Assembly (NCBI GenBank): GCA_050486505.1
Contig: JBJHDK010000034.1
Coordinates: forward strand, 1-25,129
Source of the DNA: Fibrobacteria bacterium
Lineage (GTDB): Bacteria > Fibrobacterota > Fibrobacteria > UBA11236
Direction of reading: 5' to 3'
Length of the DNA stretch: 25,129 nt
Below, piece by piece: positions 17,413-25,129 of the stretch. The notes beneath the pieces were generated by a model. The model made no database searches. It was not told where the DNA came from and saw only the letters and a list, made by a program, of their open reading frames with translations. A program made the translations under genes and the position numbers. The number at the start of each line of letters is the position of its first letter. The first letter of the stretch is position 1.

Positions 17413-18518
17413 GACTCTTCGTCGGCGCGGGCGAGGCATCGGGCGACCGCATGCTCGCTCCCGTGCTGCGGTCGCTGCGCGCGCGGATTCCGGACTTGAG
17501 ACTGCACGGATTCGGCGGCCCGCTGTGCGCGGCGGAAGGGCTCGACTCTCTTGCCCCCATCGACGCGATCGCGGTCAACGGCATCGGCGACGTGCTGCGG
17601 CGTGCGCCCTCCCTGCTGCGCGCGCGCGCGCGGCTACACCGCGAATTGCACGACTTCCATCATGATCTCGTCCTGCTCGCGGACTACCCCGGCATGAATG
17701 TCGGCCTTGCGCGCGATGCGTTGCGCATGGGGACCCCCGTCCACTACATCGCGCCGCCGCAACTGTGGGCTTACCGCAACCCCGCACGCCGGTTGAAACG
17801 ACTCCATGCGGCACTACGGGACGCATCTCTTCAGGTGCTCTTCCCTTTCGAAGCGGATGTTTATGCGCCCTGGAACGGGCGGTTGTGTCAGGGACATTTC
17901 TTCAACCCGCCGGCGGCGGAAGACGCGCGCGGTGATCGCCTGCTGCTGTGCCCGGGAAGCCGCCGCGGCGTGCTCCGCCGCAACCTACCCCTGTGGCTCG
18001 AACATCTCGCGTCCACGGGCATGGACATGGACACGGTGGATATTCTCGTGCCCCCGCCCCTTGCCGAAGAGGCGCGGGCGATCGCGGCGGGGGTCCCTAA
18101 TCGTAAGGGCGAGCCATGGCTCGCCCTTACAGGGCCCACCGCCGCCTTCGCCCGCGCGGGCCGCGCGATCGCCTTTCCCGGAACCATCACGCTGGAACTG
18201 TTCCTGCGACGCATCCCCACGCGGGCATGGGGGATTCTGGACCCGCTGACCCTGTGGGCCGGGCGGCGCCTGGTGCGCGGCCCGCACGTGTCCCTCCCCA
18301 ACCTTCTCGCGGGGCGCGGCTGCCTCCCGGAATGGATCGGCACCGCGGGCGATTTTCGGAGAACACCCCCGACCCTTCCGGACTCATGGGATCCACCTGA
18401 TGAGATATCGCTACGGGATGTGTGGGCGAAGATGGGCCCGGATGCGGGCGTAGAACAGGCCGTCACCGCCTGCATGGAAATGGCAGCAGCGGGAAGGCGG
18501 GAAGGATTCTCCCGCTAA
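17409..18518 (+). CDS. lpxB: Lipid-A-disaccharide synthase (GT19), divergent
   Basis: AGEASGD, DYPG.N, YIAPPQLWAYR, LFPFE, PGSR, GT.TLE, SLPN; GTGA overlap with the HAD gene. Confidence 0.82.
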   Translation: MRLFVGAGEASGDRMLAPVLRSLRARIPDLRLHGFGGPLCAAEGLDSLAPIDAIAVNGIGDVLRRAPSLLRARARLHRELHDFHHDLVLLADYPGMNVGLARDALRMGTPVHYIAPPQLWAYRNPARRLKRLHAALRDASLQVLFPFEADVYAPWNGRLCQGHFFNPPAAEDARGDRLLLCPGSRRGVLRRNLPLWLEHLASTGMDMDTVDILVPPPLAEEARAIAAGVPNRKGEPWLALTGPTAAFARAGRAIAFPGTITLELFLRRIPTRAWGILDPLTLWAGRRLVRGPHVSLPNLLAGRGCLPEWIGTAGDFRRTPPTLPDSWDPPDEISLRDVWAKMGPDAGVEQAVTACMEMAAAGRREGFSR

Positions 18519-19615
18519 GTCCGCATCGACGGTTTTTTTTGCCGTAGATGCCTGTACACGCTGACCGCAAGCGTCAACGCGGTCAGGGGAATCACGAAGA
18601 AGAACATCGCGGACTGGTAGGCTGCGAGACCGCCGTGATCCGTGGCGGTGAGATACAACAACAGCATGTAGGCCGCGTAGTAGCCGACGAACACGAATCC
18701 CTCCCAACGCGAGATCGTGTATCCCGTGAAGAAGATCGGCAAGCAAGCGATCATGACCGCCATCATGATGGGAAAATCGACGCGCAACACGGAGGCCGCC
18801 ACCGCCACGCCTTCGGGTGCGACGAGGCCAGCGAGGCCGAGGACGGCGAGAATGTTGAAGAGATTGCTGCCGATGACGTTGCCGACCGCGAGGTCGCGTT
18901 CACCCTTGATGCTCGCCACGACGGACGTCGCCAGCTCCGGAAGCGACGTGCCGATGGCCACGATGGTCAAGCCGATCAAAAGTTCATCGACACCCAACAC
19001 CCGCGCGATTGCGGACGCGCTCTCCACCAGCCAGGTCGATCCGAGCACGAGCATCGCCAGGCCCGCGACCACGAGCACGATGTCGACCGCCACGCCACCG
19101 CGCGCGCGCGGCTTCGCGAGTTCACCGAGTTCCCCGGAAGCCTTCTCCTCGGCGTCGCGTCCCTCCTTGCGTCCCTGCACGACGGCAAATGCGGTATAGG
19201 CGATGATGCCCGCGAACAGGATGAAACCGTCCCAGAACCCCAGACGACCATCCAGCATCAGAAACCACGCCAACAAGGATGCCCCGATCATGATCGGTAC
19301 ATCGATGCGTACGAGGTTGCGCGATACGATCAAGGGAGCCACCGATGCGGATAGACCCAGAATCAGCAGCACGTTGCAGATGTTGCTTCCGATGACGTTT
19401 CCGATCGCGATGTCGGCACCCCCGTCGCCGCGCAGGGCCGACTGCACGCTCACGGCCATCTCGGGTGCGCTCGTGCCGAAAGCGACGACGGTGAGCCCCA
19501 CCACGAGCGGCGGAAGTCCGATCGTCACCGCAAGCCGTGCCGCCCCGCGCACCAGCACGTCGGCACCCACGATCAGCAGGACGAGGCCGAGGACGAAGAG
19601 GAGGAGGGTGAGCAT
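18515..19615 (-). CDS. Calcium/sodium antiporter (YrbG/CaCA family)
   Basis: Two alpha repeats: GTSAPE..GNVIGSN and GTSLPE..GNVIGSN. Confidence 0.95.
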   Translation of the reverse strand: MLTLLLFVLGLVLLIVGADVLVRGAARLAVTIGLPPLVVGLTVVAFGTSAPEMAVSVQSALRGDGGADIAIGNVIGSNICNVLLILGLSASVAPLIVSRNLVRIDVPIMIGASLLAWFLMLDGRLGFWDGFILFAGIIAYTAFAVVQGRKEGRDAEEKASGELGELAKPRARGGVAVDIVLVVAGLAMLVLGSTWLVESASAIARVLGVDELLIGLTIVAIGTSLPELATSVVASIKGERDLAVGNVIGSNLFNILAVLGLAGLVAPEGVAVAASVLRVDFPIMMAVMIACLPIFFTGYTISRWEGFVFVGYYAAYMLLLYLTATDHGGLAAYQSAMFFFVIPLTALTLAVSVYRHLRQKKPSMRT

Positions 19616-19620
19616 GGGAC

Positions 19621-19732
19621 TTATGGGTTATGAGTTATGAGTTATGAGTTATGAGTGACGGGGGATGGGAGACGGGAGTCTTAAAGTGAGCAAATCTTGA
19701 CTCGTAACTCGTCACTCGCGACTCGCGACTCA
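19621..19732. repeat. Inverted pair of heptamer tandem arrays
   Basis: TTATGGG-(TTATGAG)x4-TGACGGG-GGATGGG-AGACGGG (19621-19676); CTCGTAA-CTCGTCA-CTCGCGA-CTCGCGA-CTCA (19701-19732). Confidence 0.85.
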
Positions 19733-20242
19733 TCCCAACACCACCGGTGCGTTGGGCAGCTCGTCGGGGCCGCGTTCCCCGTCCAGCGGGAAGTGTTTCT
19801 CCAAGTGTTCCGAAACGGCGGTGATGCCGAGCAGAAGCCCCTCCTCGAACTTTCCCGCGCGGAAGCTTTCTTCCATCGCGTGGCACACCGACGCCCAGCC
19901 TTCGGCACCCACGAAGCGATCGATGCCGCGATCCGCGACGATCTCCACATCGTGGTCGGCGAGGAGCAGGTAGATCAGCACACCGTTGTTGTGTTCCGTA
20001 TCCCACACTCCGAGATCGGCAAACACTTGCAGGGCGCGCTCACGGTCGGTCATGTCGCGCCAGATCATCGCCGGTTCGAGCGAGCTCTCGAGCGCGATGC
20101 GGATCTCGCCGGAGTGTTTCTTCTCGCTCTCGACGACTGCGGCAGCCAGGCGCTCCATCGCCTCGGGAGGCAACACGCGCTCCATGGCACGTCGCCCCGT
20201 CGTCTCATGCGTCCACCAACGTTTCAGTCGTGCGAAGAACAT
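19730..20242 (-). CDS. TPM domain protein (short type)
   Basis: E..HSGEIR..LE, RA..VF..LGVWDTEHNNGVLIYLLLADH.VEIVADRGI, DELPN; Shine-Dalgarno AGGAGG favours the ATG at 20242. Confidence 0.9.
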   Translation of the reverse strand: MFFARLKRWWTHETTGRRAMERVLPPEAMERLAAAVVESEKKHSGEIRIALESSLEPAMIWRDMTDRERALQVFADLGVWDTEHNNGVLIYLLLADHDVEIVADRGIDRFVGAEGWASVCHAMEESFRAGKFEEGLLLGITAVSEHLEKHFPLDGERGPDELPNAPVVLG

Positions 20243-20252
20243 GCGCATCCTC

Positions 20253-21209
20253 CTACCAGCGTCCCGAGGCGCCGCCGCCGCCGAAGCCGCCCCCTCCGAA
20301 GCCGCCGAATCCACCGAGCCCCCCACGCATGCCTCCTCCGAAACCGCCCCGGCGCATGCCGCCCATGCCGTAGTACCCGCCCATGCCTCCGGCGAATCCA
20401 CCCGGGCCGCGGAAGTTTCTTCCCGCACCGGCGGCACCGAGGATGAGCGTGAGGCCGAGCACGAGCCCGCCGAGGGAGAGCGCGAGGAGCCACGACCCGA
20501 GCAGGAACCAGGCGGCCGTGCCCACAAGCCCGCCGCCCAGCAACGCCGAGGTGACGCGCCCGAAAAAGGCGCGGAAGATGAAGACGGAGATCACGGAGAG
20601 CATCAAGAGAAGATCGAGGGGGGACGCTCCCGCGGGCTGCCCTGCGCCGGGGGAACCTCGCGCCGGGGGCGGCGGAAGCGGTTCGCCCGCGATGGCCGCC
20701 GCGACGGCGTCAAGCGCGGCGTGGATGCCGCCCGCGAGATCGCCCTCGCGGAAGCGCGGCGCGGCGATCTCGTCGAGAATGCGGTTGGCCATCGCATCGG
20801 GGATGGCGCCTTCGAGGCCATATCCCACCTCGAATCGGAAGGCGCGATCCTGCAGGGCGATGAGGAAGAGCAAGCCGTCATCGACGCCGCGACGGCCAAT
20901 GCCCCATGCCTCCGCGACGCGCAGGGCGTATTGTTCGATGGCCTCCGGGCGCGTCGTGGGCACGAGCAACACGGCGACCTGGCTGCCCTTTTCGGATTCG
21001 AGCGCCGCCAGCTTCGCCTCGATGCCGGCCCGCTGCGCGGTTGTGAGCGATCCGGTCTGGTCCACCACGCGCGCCGAGGCCGGCGGCACGGGAACAAGGT
21101 TTGCAAAGGCCGTGGCGACGCACAGGAACAGCACCAGCGGGAGCATCAGCGAGGCCGATGAACCGGAAGTCCGGGCCTTCGTCACAATGGAAGCGGAAGA
21201 GCGAAACAC
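20253..21209 (-). CDS. TPM domain membrane protein (YgcG-like) with Gly-rich tail; start may be 21146
   Basis: V.D.TG.L, QVAV..VPT, W.IG....DDG.L, EVGYGLEG..PD, GGGFGGGGASGRW. Confidence 0.92.
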   Translation of the reverse strand: MFRSSASIVTKARTSGSSASLMLPLVLFLCVATAFANLVPVPPASARVVDQTGSLTTAQRAGIEAKLAALESEKGSQVAVLLVPTTRPEAIEQYALRVAEAWGIGRRGVDDGLLFLIALQDRAFRFEVGYGLEGAIPDAMANRILDEIAAPRFREGDLAGGIHAALDAVAAAIAGEPLPPPPARGSPGAGQPAGASPLDLLLMLSVISVFIFRAFFGRVTSALLGGGLVGTAAWFLLGSWLLALSLGGLVLGLTLILGAAGAGRNFRGPGGFAGGMGGYYGMGGMRRGGFGGGMRGGLGGFGGFGGGGFGGGGASGRW

Positions 21210-21215
21210 GGTCCG

Positions 21216-21818
21216 TCAGTTTCCGAAGTCCACCGTGGGCGGCGATGCGATGTCCGCTTCGTTGGCCACGGTGAAGTTCGCCTTGGGTGTGTAGCCGAAG
21301 ACCTTGGCGGTGAGGTTGCTCGGGAAGGAGCGCGTGAGCACGTTGTAACGCTGCACGGTCTGGATGTAGCGGCCGCGCGCCACGGCGATGCGGTTTTCGG
21401 TGCCCTCGAGCTGCGCCTGCAGGTCGCGGAAGAGGCCGTCGGCCTTGAGTTGCGGATAATTTTCGGACACGGCAAGCAGTCGCGAGAGCGCGCCCGTCAT
21501 CTGGTTCTGGGCCTCGGCGAAGCGCGCCATGGCGGCTTCGTCCTGCACCAGCTCGGGCGTGGCCTGGATGGAACCGACGCGAGAGCGCGCCTCGGCGACG
21601 GCTTCGAAGATCTCGCGCTCGTGGGCGGCATAGCCCTGGACCGTGCGCACGAGGTTGGGCACGAGGTCGGCGCGGCGCTGGTACTGGTTCACCACTTCGG
21701 CCCACTGGGCGGTGACCTCTTCATCGAGTTGCTGGAAGCGGTTGTAGCCGCAGCCCGAGAGACCGGAGAAGGCGACGGCGGCGACGAGCAGCAGGGGGAA
21801 AAGGCGGGAGAAATGCAT
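21216..21818 (-). CDS. lemA: LemA family protein
   Basis: LSGCGYN, W..V.NQYQRRADLVPNLV.TV.GYA.HE, ENYP.LKA, LEGTENRI.VAR; Shine-Dalgarno AAGGAG. Confidence 0.95.
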   Translation of the reverse strand: MHFSRLFPLLLVAAVAFSGLSGCGYNRFQQLDEEVTAQWAEVVNQYQRRADLVPNLVRTVQGYAAHEREIFEAVAEARSRVGSIQATPELVQDEAAMARFAEAQNQMTGALSRLLAVSENYPQLKADGLFRDLQAQLEGTENRIAVARGRYIQTVQRYNVLTRSFPSNLTAKVFGYTPKANFTVANEADIASPPTVDFGN

Positions 21819-21845
21819 GGGAGGCTCCTTGATGGTGCGGAAAGA

Positions 21846-21897
21846 TAGGCAGAGGACAGTGGGCAGTGGACAGTACAACAATACAGCAATGGAAGAG
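21846..21897. repeat. Degenerate heptamer/octamer tandem array
   Basis: TAGGCAG-AGGACAG-TGGGCAG-TGGACAG followed by TACAACAA-TACAGCAA-TGGAAGAG. Confidence 0.6.
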
Positions 21898-21992
21898 TGG
21901 GTGGCGGGTCACGAGCGGCATGTATGGGGAGTAATATGGGCTGGAGGGTCAATGAATGAAGAAATGCGGGACATATTGAGCACCGCCGGTTT

Positions 21993-22135
21993 CGTGGAGT
22001 CCGGACAAATGTGTTCGCCCGGAGGAAAGCGAGCACCCGGAGCCACTTTCATAAAACGATCCGAAGGATCATCTTAAAAGGCGTTTAGGAGCGCAGCTTT
22101 CCGAGGACGAACACATTTTCCGGGCTCCTGCCACG
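21993..22135 (+). ncRNA. Candidate structured ncRNA, 6S RNA-like rod
   Basis: Long imperfect self-complementarity: GGAGTCCGGA/TCCGGGCTCC, AAATGTGTTCG/CGAACACATTT, GGAAAGC/GCTTTCC, GCC/GGC, an A/U-rich bubble and an apical GATCC-GAA-GGATC hairpin. Confidence 0.55.
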
Positions 22136-22170
22136 TACTACGAGGCCAAGGGCGTTTTACCTTTGCCGGT

Positions 22171-23364
22171 ATGCATCTTCCGCGCCTGACGATTCTCGAC
22201 GTCAATGAGTTCTGGAGTCCGTCGGGCGGAGGAGTGCGACGCTATCACCTGGAGAAGATGGCGCACTTTCGGGAACACGTCGATGTGCGCTACGTCTTCG
22301 CCATGCCGAACGACCACGCCCGCACCGAACAAATCGGACCCAACGCATTCATTGAACACGTGCGCGCCTTCAAGTTCCCCGGAAACTGGGAATACCGCCT
22401 CGCGCCCCCCGTCTCCGCCCTCCGCGCCATCATCCAAAAGCATCGCCCCGATGTGATCGAAATCGGCAGTCCGTACCTGTTGCCCGGACGGATCCGCAAA
22501 GCCCTGCGGGGGCTGGATGTGCGTCCGAAGCTTGTCGGCTTCTGGCACGCGGATTTCCCGGTCACCTATGTCGGACGTTACTTCTCGCGCTTCGGTGGCG
22601 CCGTGGGACGCTTCGCCGAATCGATGGCGTGGCGTTACGCGCGCCGGCAATACAACCGCATGGACGCGGTGCTCGTCCCCAGCACGGTGATCCTCGACCG
22701 GATGCAGGCGCGAGGGGTGCGCAACCTCCGCCACGTCGCACTGGGCGTGGACACGCGGGTCTTCACTCCTGAAAAGCGCGATGCCGCGCGCGCGGAGGAA
22801 CTCCGGGGCGGCCTGCCGGAACGCCTGACGATTTTCTTCGGTCACCGTTTCGCGGAGGAAAAAGGCCTGCGCACCTTTCTCGCCGCGTATCCGGAAATGT
22901 GCCGCCGACTCGGGCATGAACCCGCCGTCGTCTTCGCCGGCACCGGGCCCGATCTCGACCGCGTACGGGCCGCCGTCGCGCGCCACCCGCATATGCGCCA
23001 TATCGGCTTCGTGCGCGGCCCCGAAGAGATGGCGGCATGGTATGCCTCGTGCGACATGGGGCTCGCGCTCAGCGGGTGGGAGACCTTCGGCCTCTCCATC
23101 GCGGAAGCGCTCGCCTGCGGGCAGGTGCTCATCGCCGCCGACCAAGGTGCCGCGCGCGAGCATGTCGAGCGATCGGGCGCGGGCCTCACGGTTCCCGTCG
23201 CCGACCCAAAGGCTCTCGCCGAGGCAGTGGAACGGCTCTGGCACGATCGCGCGTCATGGCCGGATCGCTCGCGCAAGGCGGTGGAATACGCAAGAGGGAT
23301 GACGTGGGAGAAGTGTTTTGAGAGGGAGCTTGAAGTTTATCGGGCAGTGATGGAGAGATCGTGA
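22171..23364 (+). CDS. Glycosyltransferase family 4 (GT-B)
   Basis: SGGGV.RY, PDVIE..SPY, H.D, LGVD...F.P, R...EKG, ETFGL...EA (EX7E). Confidence 0.92.
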   Translation: MHLPRLTILDVNEFWSPSGGGVRRYHLEKMAHFREHVDVRYVFAMPNDHARTEQIGPNAFIEHVRAFKFPGNWEYRLAPPVSALRAIIQKHRPDVIEIGSPYLLPGRIRKALRGLDVRPKLVGFWHADFPVTYVGRYFSRFGGAVGRFAESMAWRYARRQYNRMDAVLVPSTVILDRMQARGVRNLRHVALGVDTRVFTPEKRDAARAEELRGGLPERLTIFFGHRFAEEKGLRTFLAAYPEMCRRLGHEPAVVFAGTGPDLDRVRAAVARHPHMRHIGFVRGPEEMAAWYASCDMGLALSGWETFGLSIAEALACGQVLIAADQGAAREHVERSGAGLTVPVADPKALAEAVERLWHDRASWPDRSRKAVEYARGMTWEKCFERELEVYRAVMERS

Positions 23365-23366
23365 GA

Positions 23367-23541
23367 GAATTAAGAATGACGAATTACGAATTACGAATTG
23401 AACACATAGAAGGACGCAGCGCGGGAGTGTGCGGCGACAAATGCGCATATCGTTCGGCAATCGTGCCGTGGGAGAATCCCTGGCCTCATCCGCTACTCGC
23501 TTCTTCTTCTTTCGTAATTCGTAATTCGTCATTCGTAATTC
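23367..23541. repeat. MITE-like cassette bounded by 31-bp heptamer-built inverted repeats
   Basis: GAATTAAGAATGACGAATTACGAATTACGAA (23367-23397) vs TTCGTAATTCGTAATTCGTCATTCGTAATTC (23511-23541): 30/31 complementary. Confidence 0.88.
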
Positions 23542-23569
23542 AAAATCGATCGACCTCGAAGGCCTCCCT

Positions 23570-24520
23570 GTGATCCCCTCCCGTCTCGTCTTCATCTGGT
23601 TCGGTGCGCGCTTTCCGTACGCCAACCTGCTCGCGCTGCGCTCGGCGCGGCGGTGGTTCAAGCCGCAGGAGATCCTGCTGATCGTGGACGATCCGGATGC
23701 GGTGCGACAGGGTCTTGGAGAATGCGTTGCGTGGCCGGAGCTGCGGATCGAGCGCGCGGATGCGTCCTGGTTCGAGGGCCTCCCCCATGTCGCCACGCTT
23801 GCGCACGAGCTTTTCGACGCGGGGCTCTCCCCCGCAACAAAGGCCAACCTGATCCGCCTCGCGGCCATGTATAAGCGCGGCGGCGTGTACCTCGACTTCG
23901 ACACCATCACTGTGCGCGACCCCGCGCCGCTGCTCGAGATGAGCGGCTTTTGCGGTGCCGAACCCGTGGCCCTGCCCGCATCGCTTTACGCCAGTCCTTT
24001 CTATGCCCGACCTTTCCTCTGGGCGGGAGCGGGCCTGCGCCTCGCCGCGCGCGAGCTCTGTGCCCGTCTGCCCGGAGGATGGCGCGCGTTCCGTGTCATT
24101 GAACCGCTGTATGCCGCGGCCCCCAACAACGCCATCCTGGGCGCCGAGGCGGGCCATCCCCTGATCGATCTCTGCTTCCGCATGATGACGGAGCTTCCCG
24201 CGACGGAGCGCACGAAGCGCTTCCGACTCGGAACGCACCTGCTGCAGCAAGCCACGCAACGCGCGACGACGGAGGGAACCCTCCACGGCTTCAATGTCCT
24301 TCCGCCCCCCCATTTTTTCCCTCTCGGCCCGGAGATTTCCAACCATTGGTTCCGCCCCGGCACCGCATGCCATCTTGATGCGATGCTGCGTCCCGAGACG
24401 TCGATCGTGCATTGGTACAACTCGGTGGAGGGGCGATTTCTCAAGGAGGAACTGACGGCGGAGTGGGTGGAGCGCCATGCCGACACGGCCTTCGCGGAGA
24501 TGGTGCGACGGTATTTTTAA
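23570..24520 (+). CDS. DXD-motif glycosyltransferase (GT32/OCH1-like)
   Basis: MIP..L.FIWFG, ANL.RL...Y..GGVYLDFD, NNA..GA..GHP, G..L, H.Y. Confidence 0.88.
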   Translation: MIPSRLVFIWFGARFPYANLLALRSARRWFKPQEILLIVDDPDAVRQGLGECVAWPELRIERADASWFEGLPHVATLAHELFDAGLSPATKANLIRLAAMYKRGGVYLDFDTITVRDPAPLLEMSGFCGAEPVALPASLYASPFYARPFLWAGAGLRLAARELCARLPGGWRAFRVIEPLYAAAPNNAILGAEAGHPLIDLCFRMMTELPATERTKRFRLGTHLLQQATQRATTEGTLHGFNVLPPPHFFPLGPEISNHWFRPGTACHLDAMLRPETSIVHWYNSVEGRFLKEELTAEWVERHADTAFAEMVRRYF

Positions 24521-24531
24521 CTTCACCCCCC

Positions 24532-25129
24532 ATGATCCCCTCCCTCCCCCGCGACTCCTGGGCCACGCGCGCCGGCTTCATCCTCGCCGCCGTGGGATCG
24601 GCCGTCGGGTTGGGCAACATGTGGCGATTCTCCTACATCGCCTCGCAGGGCGGCGGCTCCGCCTTCATCATCGCCTACCTTGTCATCGTCGCCGCCGTCG
24701 GCATCCCCCTGATGACCTCCGAATTCGTCATCGGCCGCATGACCCGCACCTCGCCGCTGCTCGCCGTCAAGCAACTCGGCGGACCGCGCTGGGCCCCGCT
24801 GGGGTGGATCTTCGTCGCCTGCGGGTTCGGCATCCTCTCCTACTACTCCGTCATCGCCGGGTGGACCATGCGCTACGCCTTCGACGCCCTGCGTAACGCG
24901 GTTCCGTTGGAGACGGGGGCGTACTTCGCGGAGATCTCCACCGGCGGGGACGCCCTGGTCACCCACCTCCTGTTCATGGCGCTCTCCATCGGCATCATCC
25001 TCGGCGGCATCCGGCGCGGCATCGAACGCTCCGTGCTGCTGCTCATGCCGCTGATGTTCGTGCTGCTCATCGGCCTCGCGATCTGGGCCGCGACCTTGCC
25101 GGGTGCCGCCGCGGGCTACGCGCTCTACC
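24532..25129 (+). CDS. Sodium-dependent transporter (SNF/NSS family), truncated by the window end
   Basis: Translated by hand: MIPSLPRDSWATRAGFILAAVGSAVGLGNMWRFSYIASQGGGSAF...E...GR...SYYSVIAGW...GIER. Confidence 0.93.
   Translation, partial: MIPSLPRDSWATRAGFILAAVGSAVGLGNMWRFSYIASQGGGSAFIIAYLVIVAAVGIPLMTSEFVIGRMTRTSPLLAVKQLGGPRWAPLGWIFVACGFGILSYYSVIAGWTMRYAFDALRNAVPLETGAYFAEISTGGDALVTHLLFMALSIGIILGGIRRGIERSVLLLMPLMFVLLIGLAIWAATLPGAAAGYALY

Noticed and set aside
20253..20410. GCC-rich repeats
   Set aside because: They encode the usual Gly-rich tail of TPM/YgcG proteins
22040..22080. Hairpin as SRP RNA or a riboswitch
   Set aside because: Lacks the SRP domain IV motif and any aptamer consensus I can recognise
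16540..23541. Heptamer arrays as a CRISPR array
   Set aside because: 7-bp tandem units without repeat-spacer periodicity; no cas genes in the window
23570..24545. Shared TGATCCCCTCCC at the starts of the GT32 and SNF genes
   Set aside because: Only 12 bp of low-complexity sequence; plausible by chance
108..25070. Many long overlapping or antisense ORFs (e.g. 1728-3617 -, 11623-14016 -, 5767-7089 -)
   Set aside because: Shadow frames of high-GC genes with no recognisable motifs; they overlap well-supported CDSs

Overview
High-GC bacterial chromosomal segment, mostly housekeeping genes. A Fibrobacter-type LexA box tentatively suggests Fibrobacterota. Gene order: 2-oxoacid:ferredoxin oxidoreductase alpha/beta, umuDC-like pair, tRNA-Arg(TCT), yajC-def-SpoIID/LytB, MarR-pirin, TetR-TolC-MFP-RND efflux operon, fused ABC ATPase, HAD nucleotidase-lpxB, LemA-TPM-TPM-Ca/Na antiporter, two glycosyltransferases and a partial SNF-family transporter. 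No transposase, integrase or CRISPR array was seen. Most interesting observations: (1) a UmuD homolog lacking both catalytic residues and most of the N-terminal arm, behind a LexA-boxed and probably leaderless promoter; (2) a ~140-nt imperfect rod resembling a short 6S RNA; (3) three intergenic cassettes bounded by inverted heptamer tandem arrays; (4) four GTAG-type REP hairpins, two of them bracketing the RND gene; (5) a 93-bp palindrome inserted in frame in the ABC ATPase; (6) an apparently chimeric first ~216 bp.
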